From contig JBBIOR010000006.1 of the NCBI GenBank assembly GCA_037443265.1, positions 26,924 to 90,923 on the forward strand: a stretch of 64,000 nucleotides of DNA, in the 5' to 3' direction. Below, in pieces: positions 10,582-18,369 of this stretch. Under the pieces are notes generated by a model. That model saw nothing but the letters and a program-made list of their open reading frames with translations, searched no databases and was not told the DNA's origin. Each line of letters starts with the position of its first letter. The stretch's first letter is position 1. The stretch is from Candidatus Fraserbacteria bacterium. GTDB taxonomy: Bacteria; Bipolaricaulota; Bipolaricaulia; RBG-16-55-9. A program made the translations under genes and the position numbers.

Positions 10582-11267
10582 TGCTGGAGCTTCTAGATAT
10601 TCGGGCAGGCTACGGGACAGGCGTCGTGCTCCAAGGAGTCTCATTGCGCGTAGGAGCCGGGGAAGTCGTTGGCCTGCTGGGGCGAAACGGCGCGGGCAAG
10701 ACGACGACGCTCAAGAGCATCTTGGGGCTGGTGCGCCTCCAATCGGGCTCGGTGCGCTTTTTGAATCAAGAGATCTCCCAGCGGCCCGCGCACCAGATCC
10801 CCAGGCTGGGCATCGGCTACGTCCCCCAGGGTCGCCGAGTCTTTCCACAGCTTACCGTCGCAGAGAATCTGCTGATCGCATGGAGAGAGGCGCGCATCGA
10901 TCGCTCACAGCTGGAGCAAATTTTACAGTCGTTCCCTCAGCTAAAGGATCGTCTCGCTCAGCGGGCAGGGACTCTTTCAGGGGGAGAGCAGCAGATGCTG
11001 GCGATCGCACGAGCGCTTCTTATGCAGCCCAAGCTCGTCTTGCTCGACGAACCCACGGAAGGACTCATGCCCGCGCTCGTTCGCGAAGTCGAGCGTCTTT
11101 TGCGCGCACTGAGAGAGAATCGAATGGGTGTGCTCTTAGCTGAGCAACGCATGGACATGGCTCTGCGACTCTGCGATCGAGTCTATGTGTTGGAGAAAGG
11201 GAAGATCGTTTGGGAAGGGGCTCCCGGCGAGGGCCTTCAAAAATATTTGGGGATCCAGCGAGAATAG
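10578..11267 (+). CDS. livF: ABC ATP-binding protein (LivF-like)
   Basis: GRNGAGKT, LSGGEQQM, LDEPTEGL. Confidence 0.92.
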   Translation: MMLELLDIRAGYGTGVVLQGVSLRVGAGEVVGLLGRNGAGKTTTLKSILGLVRLQSGSVRFLNQEISQRPAHQIPRLGIGYVPQGRRVFPQLTVAENLLIAWREARIDRSQLEQILQSFPQLKDRLAQRAGTLSGGEQQMLAIARALLMQPKLVLLDEPTEGLMPALVREVERLLRALRENRMGVLLAEQRMDMALRLCDRVYVLEKGKIVWEGAPGEGLQKYLGIQRE

Positions 11268-11276
11268 TGCCTTTCT

Positions 11277-12335
11277 TCAAAGGCCCAGAGCCTTCCGGGC
11301 TTCACGCACAAAGGCCACGGTGAGCTTGACGGTATTCTCAAAGTCATCGAGCCTCATCAAGCTGAACGGGGAGTGAATATAACGGCAGGGCACGGAGACC
11401 ACGCCCGAGAGCACTCCTCCCTTGGTCTGTTGAATCGCCCCGGCATCTGTGCTGCCGTAGGGCGGAATCTTGTACTGGTACGGAATGCCTTCGGCTTCCG
11501 CGATCTCTGTCAAGGCGCGGATGAGCTTGGGATTGACGATCAGGGATTGATCGGCCACAGTGATGGCCGGGCCGTATCCCAAGCGACTGGGCTGACGCGC
11601 GCTGGGAATGCCCGGCACATCGGCTCCTACGGTCCCTTCCAGGGCGAGCGCAATGTCGGGTTCAATCTGATACGCCGCGGTGCGCGCGCCCCTAAGTCCC
11701 ACCTCTTCACAGGCGGCGAAGTTGGCTACCAGCGTGACCTCCGGCCTCTCTTTCCTCAGAGCTTTAAGAGTCTGAATGAGCACCGCACACCCCACGCGAT
11801 CATCCAGCGCCTTCCCCATCACAAATCTCTCGTTGAGCCGCTCGAACGGATACGAGATCACCGCCGGGGACCCGATGCGAATCCCCATCTCTTCTACTTC
11901 TTGAGCTGAGGATGCGCCCACATCGACGAAGAGGTCCTCAAGCTTAAAGGGCTTTTCGCGCTCTTCGGGCTTGGTGATATGCGGCGGAGGTGTCCCGATG
12001 ATCCCCTTGACCTTGCGCCCCCTCTGCGTGAGGATCGTCACGGCGTGTGAGGGGATGATGCGTACATCCCAGCTGCCCAGGGTCGTCAACCGCAGAAAGC
12101 CGCCCTCCTCAATGTAGCTCACCAGGAAGCCGATCTCATCCATGTGGGCATCGAGCATCAGCTTGACAGAGCTCTTCCCCTGGCGGACGGCGATCACATT
12201 GCCTAAGGCATCGATCTTGTACTCGTCGACGTATGGCTCAATGAGTTGGCGAATGCGCTGGCGGACTTCGTCCTCGAAGCCGGCTACCCCAAAGGCGTTC
12301 GATAGGACCTCTAAAAGCTCCCTGGAGTCTCTCAT
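11277..12335 (-). CDS. M42 family aminopeptidase
   Basis: AHMDEIG, KALDDRVG, EEVGLRGA, STDAG, RYIHSP; start at MRDSRELL. Confidence 0.93.
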   Translation of the reverse strand: MRDSRELLEVLSNAFGVAGFEDEVRQRIRQLIEPYVDEYKIDALGNVIAVRQGKSSVKLMLDAHMDEIGFLVSYIEEGGFLRLTTLGSWDVRIIPSHAVTILTQRGRKVKGIIGTPPPHITKPEEREKPFKLEDLFVDVGASSAQEVEEMGIRIGSPAVISYPFERLNERFVMGKALDDRVGCAVLIQTLKALRKERPEVTLVANFAACEEVGLRGARTAAYQIEPDIALALEGTVGADVPGIPSARQPSRLGYGPAITVADQSLIVNPKLIRALTEIAEAEGIPYQYKIPPYGSTDAGAIQQTKGGVLSGVVSVPCRYIHSPFSLMRLDDFENTVKLTVAFVREARKALGL

Positions 12336-12441
12336 AGGCGTTTCTCCTCTTGGGTGATGGCAGATGGCCGCATTATAGACGAAAAGCGATGCCTTGCCCA
12401 TCGAGGGGAGATCGACTATAATCGCGGCAAAGGAACTCATC

Positions 12442-13632
12442 ATGGGTCGAAGGCTGTTTACGTCAGAGTCGGTGACGGAGGGCCACCCGGACAAGATGGC
12501 CGATCGCATCTCCGATGTCATCTTGGACGCCATTCTCACAGAGGATCCCCAGGCGCGGGTCGCCTGTGAGACATTCGTGACGACGGGGCTGGTGATGATC
12601 GCGGGCGAGATCACCACACACTCCCGCGTAGATTACGCTTCCCTGGCCCGCCAGGCCATCCAGGAGATCGGCTACACCCGCCCCGAGTACGGCTTCTCTT
12701 ACGATCAATGCGCCGTCTTAGTGGCCGTCCACGAGCAATCTCCAGACATCGCGCAGGCAGTGATCAAAGGAGCATCTCCAGACCCCTATGAGAGCCTGGG
12801 AGCCGGGGATCAGGGGATCATGTACGGCTATGCCTGCACAGAGACGGAGGTACTCATGCCACTGCCCATCACGCTGGCTCATGGGCTGGTGAAGCGACTC
12901 GGCCAGGTCCGCAAGGAGGGCATTCTCGAGTATCTTAGGCCCGATGGGAAATCGCAGGTCACGGTGGAATACGAGGACCATCGTCCGCTGCGCGCCCATA
13001 CGGTAGTGCTTTCTGCCCAGCACGATCCCGAAGTCCCCCTGGGGCACTTGAAGGACGATCTGATCAAGCACGTGATTCGTCCTGTCTTAGGCGCGTGGCT
13101 GGATGGAAAGACAGAGATTCTCATCAATCCTTCGGGACGCTTTGTCATCGGCGGGCCACCAGGGGACACGGGCATGACCGGCCGGAAGATCGAAGTCGAC
13201 ACGTACGGAGGCTACGGCAGTCACGGAGGTGGGGCCTTCTCCGGCAAGGATCCTACGAAAGTCGACCGCTCCGGCTCATACATGGCGCGCTACGTGGCCG
13301 TCAATATCGTAGCCGCAGAGCTCGCCCAGGAATGCGAAGTTCAAGTGGCCTATGCGATTGGGCGTGCGCGACCCCTGGCTATCACGATCGATACCTTCGG
13401 CACGAGTGTCATTCCCGATGGAGAGATCCAGAAACTCGTCGAGGAACATTTTGACTTCCGACCGGCGGCCATCATCGAGCACTTGCAACTTAGAAGGCCG
13501 ATCTACACACCGCTCTCGGCCTATGGGCACTTCGGGCGCCCTGAGCTTGGGCTCCCTTGGGAGCGACGGGACAGGGCTGAAGCCCTGCGGGAGGCCGCCG
13601 GTCTTCGGCCTCTAGAGCAGAGACAACGCTAG
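12442..13632 (+). CDS. metK: S-adenosylmethionine synthetase
   Basis: [35 protein letters not shown]. Confidence 0.98.
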   Translation: MGRRLFTSESVTEGHPDKMADRISDVILDAILTEDPQARVACETFVTTGLVMIAGEITTHSRVDYASLARQAIQEIGYTRPEYGFSYDQCAVLVAVHEQSPDIAQAVIKGASPDPYESLGAGDQGIMYGYACTETEVLMPLPITLAHGLVKRLGQVRKEGILEYLRPDGKSQVTVEYEDHRPLRAHTVVLSAQHDPEVPLGHLKDDLIKHVIRPVLGAWLDGKTEILINPSGRFVIGGPPGDTGMTGRKIEVDTYGGYGSHGGGAFSGKDPTKVDRSGSYMARYVAVNIVAAELAQECEVQVAYAIGRARPLAITIDTFGTSVIPDGEIQKLVEEHFDFRPAAIIEHLQLRRPIYTPLSAYGHFGRPELGLPWERRDRAEALREAAGLRPLEQRQR

Positions 13633-13709
13633 CTTAAGTGACGCGCGTTTGTTGTGGATCTCATCTTGTGGTGGTATTCGAGTAGGAAGGCTATAATCAG
13701 AAGGCCATC

Positions 13710-13782
13710 GTCCCCATCGTCTAGAGGCCTAGGACGCCGGGCTTTCAATCCGGCAACACGGGTTCGAATCCCGTTGGGGACG
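13710..13782 (+). tRNA. tRNA-Glu(TTC)
   Basis: GTCCCCA/TGGGGAC acceptor stem, anticodon loop CTTTCAA; TATAAT upstream. Confidence 0.96.
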
Positions 13783-13796
13783 CCCATTGCGCTACC

Positions 13797-14966
13797 ATGA
13801 ACCCAAAGCGAGTCTCTGCCGAACATGCCTCCCTCCTAGCGCAATATCGCCCGCAGTTCCCCATCTTACAGCAGAAAATCTATCTGAACACCTGTTCGCT
13901 GGGAGCACTCTCCAAAAGATCTATCCAGGCCATCCAGGAGTTTCTCAATCTGTGGAACGAGTGGGGAGCCTCCGCTTGGTATGAGATCTGGCTGAAAGAA
14001 TTAAAAAAGCTGCGTGCCCGCTTCGCCCAGCTCATCGGGGCTAAACCCGAAGAGATCGCCCTTTCCCCCAGCGTGTCCACGGCCCTCAGCTCGATCGCCT
14101 CGGCCCTCGATCATCACGAGCGCCCCAAGATCATCACCACCGAGCTGGATTTCCCCACCGTCGCCTATCAGTGGCTGGTGAAGCGCTCTCAGGGCGTGTG
14201 CGTAGAATTCCTGACCAGTCAGGACAAGATCCATGTGCCTCTTGAATCTTATCAAAAGAGCATCGATGAGAAGACGGCGTTGGTGGCCACATCGCGGGTC
14301 TTCTTCACCAGCGGCTATCTCCAAGATATCAGAAGCATCACGGAGCTGGCCCATGCGAAAGGAGCGCTCATGCTGGTGGATGATTATCAGGGCACGGGTC
14401 AGGTGCCCATCGATGTCAAAGAACTGGGCATAGATTTTCTGGTCACCGGCAGCCTGAAGTGGCTCCTGGGCGGGCCAGGCATAGCGTTCTTATACGTTCG
14501 TGAGGATCTGCTCTCAAAGCTGCGACCTACGATCACGGGCTGGTTCGCCGCGCGGGATCAATTCTCTTTCAATCCCAAAGAGTTTGAGTTTCGGGGCGAA
14601 GCGACGCGCTTTGAGCTGGGGACGCCCGCCTTGGCAGCGGTGTACGCAGCCAGAGCGGGCTTGGAGCTCGTGCACGAGATTGGATCCCAAAGGCTTAGGG
14701 AGCGCACGAGCTTTCTGACGACACATCTCATTGAGGCAGCGCATGAGCGGGGTCTCGGGCCCCGAGTCGCCAAGCGCGAGGAGGAGCGAGCAGGAATTGT
14801 GATGCTGCCTGCGGACGATCCAGCCCGCGTGGTCAAAGAGCTGGCGAAGCGCAACTTCATCATCGACTATCGCCCAGGAGCCTTACGCATCTCGCCCTAC
14901 TTTTACAATACGCCGGAGGAGAACGAGGCCATTTTGAACGAGATCGAAAAGATCATCCGGGCGTGA
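13797..14966 (+). CDS. PLP-dependent class V aminotransferase (kynureninase / cysteine desulfurase-like)
   Basis: YLNTCSLG, VDDYQ, GSLKWLLGGPG, RFELGTP. Confidence 0.88.
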   Translation: MNPKRVSAEHASLLAQYRPQFPILQQKIYLNTCSLGALSKRSIQAIQEFLNLWNEWGASAWYEIWLKELKKLRARFAQLIGAKPEEIALSPSVSTALSSIASALDHHERPKIITTELDFPTVAYQWLVKRSQGVCVEFLTSQDKIHVPLESYQKSIDEKTALVATSRVFFTSGYLQDIRSITELAHAKGALMLVDDYQGTGQVPIDVKELGIDFLVTGSLKWLLGGPGIAFLYVREDLLSKLRPTITGWFAARDQFSFNPKEFEFRGEATRFELGTPALAAVYAARAGLELVHEIGSQRLRERTSFLTTHLIEAAHERGLGPRVAKREEERAGIVMLPADDPARVVKELAKRNFIIDYRPGALRISPYFYNTPEENEAILNEIEKIIRA

Positions 14967-15095
14967 AGGGAAAAGCTGCCGGCCCCGCGCCGAATCCAGC
15001 CAGGAACGAGCTTCGCCCAGCTGTGTGTAATCCCCATCATAGTTGAGCACTTGTGGGGCCCTTTAAGATGAGCCTCAAGGAGGTTGGCCCCATTT

Positions 15096-15350
15096 ATGGA
15101 AATCGCACAAGCTCGACTGACGGGTACGGTGCAGGAGTGGAACCAAGTCTGCGATGGGATCCACACGCTCGACTGTCTCCATCAGGTGGCCCAACTGCTG
15201 GCCGACGACCTGCTGCAGATCCTCAGGCGCAACAAAGATCTGAAGGCCCATCTGCTCGACGAAGGCACCCGCCTGACGCTCGCCCTCAGCCTCCATGTGG
15301 AAGAGGGCCAATCCGATGGCCTGGTGCGAGAGTGGCCTTCGACTTCTTGA
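15096..15350 (+). CDS. Hypothetical protein (84 aa)
   Basis: AAGGAGGT SD upstream, typical codon usage, TAAGAT -10 at 15064. Confidence 0.6.
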   Translation: MEIAQARLTGTVQEWNQVCDGIHTLDCLHQVAQLLADDLLQILRRNKDLKAHLLDEGTRLTLALSLHVEEGQSDGLVREWPSTS

Positions 15351-15402
15351 AAGCAGAAGAGCTTGGCCAGCTGCGTGCTTTGTCCTTTCGGGGCTGCTGA
15401 GC

Positions 15403-15601
15403 AAAAAGCTGGGGTCAGGAGGTGAGGAACCCCAGCAAAACTCTGGCAACCTCGAAGGCCCCCTCTTTGGGCCAAGCTCTTCCACCAAAAGGAGGTTGGG
15501 TTTCGCTCTCATCCCCCTCTACGATGATGAGAGCCATTAAGAGAGATTGGGTTTGCGTCCCTCCACCCGCTTGGTTGAGCCTCCTCACCGCTCCTCTCAC
15601 C
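15403..15601 (-). ncRNA. Putative ~200-nt structured small RNA (or leaderless 61-aa ORF 15415..15600)
   Basis: TTGACT-N18-TAATGT promoter (15637-15608), 9-bp internal hairpin, 8-bp terminator stem followed by T5. Confidence 0.4.
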
Positions 15602-15679
15602 GAGCTTACATTAGCATAGAAGAGGCAGGAAAGTCAATGCCTCCCCAGGGAGCAGGCTGGGGAAATTCGTCACCTGGGG

Positions 15680-15752
15680 TGGGCCCGGCAGGACTCGAAC
15701 CTGCGACCTTCGGCTTAAAAGGCCGCTGCTCTACCAACTGAGCTACGGGCCC
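15680..15752 (-). tRNA. tRNA-Lys(TTT)
   Basis: Reverse-strand cloverleaf GGGCCCG/CGGGCCC, anticodon loop CTTTTAA. Confidence 0.96.
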
Positions 15753-15789
15753 CTAGACTCTTTCAGCTTAACGCACCCCAATTAAGACT

Positions 15790-16173
15790 TCAATGCCCGG
15801 AACCCCGCCCGTTATTCTTCGCGTAGAGGATCGCGGCCAAGATTCCTACACCATCGATGGCCACATCCCGTGGAGTCCCGACTCGCCCCTCCACAGACTG
15901 TTGATGATATTCATCGCTGATCGCATAGCTTAGGGCGAGAGATGCACTCCAGATCAGCACATGACAGAAGGCGAGCCGGTGGGCCGATAGAGCCCGCCCC
16001 AAAAGATACGTCAAGACGGCATATTCCGCGATGTGTGCCATCTTGCGTAGGATGAAATCCCAGACCCAGGGCAGCCCCGATCCCAGCGACGGGATCGAGG
16101 AGAAATAAAAGATCAGCCCGGCCCACAGCAAGACGGGAAGCCAGTAGAGCACAATAAGCCGCACGCGCTTCAC
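15790..16173 (-). CDS. VanZ family membrane protein (ORF open to 16203)
   Basis: IFYFSS, RKMAHIAEYAVL, YAISDEYHQ..V.GR.....DV.ID. Confidence 0.9.
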   Translation of the reverse strand: MKRVRLIVLYWLPVLLWAGLIFYFSSIPSLGSGLPWVWDFILRKMAHIAEYAVLTYLLGRALSAHRLAFCHVLIWSASLALSYAISDEYHQQSVEGRVGTPRDVAIDGVGILAAILYAKNNGRGSGH

Positions 16174-16265
16174 TCCCAAGATGGTACTTGTCGAGTCAGC
16201 CACCTGCCACCCTGGACATCCTTCCGGGTTGACGCACCGAGGGGAATCGACTAAGCTGGCCGTGT

Positions 16266-17891
16266 ATGGGTTGCGGGGTTGTGGGGGTTCTTCCCATCCA
16301 GAACGTAGAGACGCGTGAGGCTCTCATCTTGGCCATCGAGCTTCTGGAAGACTGCCGAAACCGCGGGGAAGACGGCACGGGACTTCTGCTTTACGGCCGA
16401 GGCCTCTTCCCTCAGCTCTTTCATCTCGAAAAGTGGTTCGGCTCGGCCTATCAGATTCCCCAGCACCTCTACGAGCTGAATCTCTCTCATCATCCTGAGG
16501 TGCTTCTGGGACATACCCGCTATGCGACCCGCGGGGTCATCTCCGAAGAGAACATCCATCCCGTCTGGGCCAGCTTTGCTAACCCCGAGGGCGAGATCCA
16601 CCTCTTTCTGGTCATGAACGGGGAGATCTCATTTACGGAGCGCTGGATTAAGCAAGCGCAGGCTCAGGGTATCAACCTGCATGGCTCGACGACAGACACG
16701 GCCGGCTGCGCGGGCCAGATCCTCAAGCTCTATCTGGCTCAGCGCCATCTGCCGGCCGCTCTCACGGAGTTCTATAAGCAGGCTTTCCCGTTCGGGGGCT
16801 TCACGGTCTTGGGATTGCTCATCGACGACGAAGAGGGCTTCTTTTTCTATCTGAGAGACGGGATGCGCCCGCTCCACTCTGCGCAATCTGAGAGATTTTC
16901 GCTCTTCGTCTCCGAGACGAAGCCGCTCACCCGCTTGGGATTTCGCTATGAGGAGATCGAAGTCATCCCTGCCGGCTCTGTGGGCATCTACTCGCTGGGG
17001 GAGAGGCGCTGGGAGCGGCTCGATATGAATAAGATTTTGAAGGGCCGGGCCAGCCGCGGCGAGTGCTCCTTCGAGTACGCGTATTTTCAGGAGCCCAACT
17101 CGATCATGCACGGGGTGAGCATGGATCAGCTCCGCACGGAATTTGGCAAGGCTGCCTGCCGGGAGCATCCGCCTCCGGATAAAAAAAATCCCGTGATCGT
17201 GACACCCATTCCCAAATCGGGGATTAGCGCGGCCTATGGCTATGCCGAGCAGGCCCTCCGAGATGACCGGGACGTGCGCTTAGGCGCGATCGTACTCCGC
17301 CGGGGGGGCAGCGAGACCCGCTCGTTTTTGGGCGAAGGCCGCTCGGAGATCGTAAGGCGCCTTAAGAAGAAATTCGAGATCAACACGCAGGAGGCCAAAG
17401 GCGCTGTTGTGATCAACGTAGATGACAGCATCGTGCGCGGCAACGTCTCCGCGTGGATCGCGCAGCAGGAGCGCGCGGCGGGCGCGCGGGAGGTGCGCTT
17501 TATTTCTGCCTGGCCGCCCATCATCGGGCCGTGCTATGCGGGGATTGCCATCGACGTGGGCCAACCTCTGGCGGGAATCGTGGCTGAACTGGAGCCCCTG
17601 CAGCTGGCAGAGGACCACAGACCCCTGGAAGAGAAGCTCAAGGAGGGCTATGAGCATGAAGAATTTGGAAGGGTTCACTTTGATGACGCGGGCTACGTCA
17701 GCCCCAAGGCCGTGACGGATATTCTGAAGAAGCTCGTCCCGGGGGATTTCTGCACCGGTTGCTTCTCCGGGCTGTACAACTACATTCACCCTCTCAATAT
17801 TCTGGGCAAGCCCTATCGCTATGCGAAGTGGCTGGATGAGTTTATTAAGCTCAACGGGGTGGAGATGCCGGAGGAGGGCGATCCCTCCTGA
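16266..17891 (+). CDS. Divergent amidophosphoribosyltransferase (PurF-like)
   Basis: N-terminal CGVVG, GHTRYAT, CSFEYAYF, PRPP loop VDDSIVRG, C-terminal CTGCF. Confidence 0.8.
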   Translation: MGCGVVGVLPIQNVETREALILAIELLEDCRNRGEDGTGLLLYGRGLFPQLFHLEKWFGSAYQIPQHLYELNLSHHPEVLLGHTRYATRGVISEENIHPVWASFANPEGEIHLFLVMNGEISFTERWIKQAQAQGINLHGSTTDTAGCAGQILKLYLAQRHLPAALTEFYKQAFPFGGFTVLGLLIDDEEGFFFYLRDGMRPLHSAQSERFSLFVSETKPLTRLGFRYEEIEVIPAGSVGIYSLGERRWERLDMNKILKGRASRGECSFEYAYFQEPNSIMHGVSMDQLRTEFGKAACREHPPPDKKNPVIVTPIPKSGISAAYGYAEQALRDDRDVRLGAIVLRRGGSETRSFLGEGRSEIVRRLKKKFEINTQEAKGAVVINVDDSIVRGNVSAWIAQQERAAGAREVRFISAWPPIIGPCYAGIAIDVGQPLAGIVAELEPLQLAEDHRPLEEKLKEGYEHEEFGRVHFDDAGYVSPKAVTDILKKLVPGDFCTGCFSGLYNYIHPLNILGKPYRYAKWLDEFIKLNGVEMPEEGDPS

Positions 17892-17926
17892 GGGGCCAGC
17901 TAGACCTCCTCAAAACGCTGGAAGTC

Positions 17927-18367
17927 GTGCTCATAGCGACCCTGCTCTTTGGGGCTTGGGGGGCCGAGGAGGCAGGGGCCTTCGTTCGGGTGGGAGCGGG
18001 CCTAGCCGTTGTAGGTGACAGCTTTGCGCCTCTGGGGCGCGTGGTGGTGGATGTGCTCCCTCTTTGGTTCATCACCCTCTCAGTCGATGCGGAGTATTGG
18101 CTCTTCTCCGCGAGTAGCCATCAGCTGTTGCCGTTCATGGCGCTGAGCCTGCCGCTCATCTTTCCAGTGACTCTTGGAGCGGCTCCGATTGTGACTCTCT
18201 CCTCTCAAGGCGTGGGCGTCGTGCCGGCGACCCTGGCGATCAAGGGGGGATTGGGCCTGTTCGTGGGGCCTTTTGGGGTCTTTGGGGAGATGCTCGTCAT
18301 CGTGTCGGCTCCGCAGTCTTTTGTGGACGGGATCTTCTTCGCGGCCGGGGTGACCGTGGGTCTTTAG
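17927..18367 (+). CDS. Hypothetical exported protein, possible small beta-barrel
   Basis: Signal peptide ending AGA; alternating hydrophobic beta-strand patterns; start may be a CTG at 17888. Confidence 0.55.
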   Translation: MLIATLLFGAWGAEEAGAFVRVGAGLAVVGDSFAPLGRVVVDVLPLWFITLSVDAEYWLFSASSHQLLPFMALSLPLIFPVTLGAAPIVTLSSQGVGVVPATLAIKGGLGLFVGPFGVFGEMLVIVSAPQSFVDGIFFAAGVTVGL

Positions 18368-18369
18368 CT

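Noticed and set aside
12336..12441. SAM riboswitch upstream of metK
   Set aside because: TATAAT lies about 20 nt before the start, leaving no room; no S-box motif
15541..15575. GACGCAAA on the minus strand suggesting a c-di-GMP-I riboswitch
   Set aside because: The GGCAAA/GAAA tetraloop stem and the downstream P3 elements are absent
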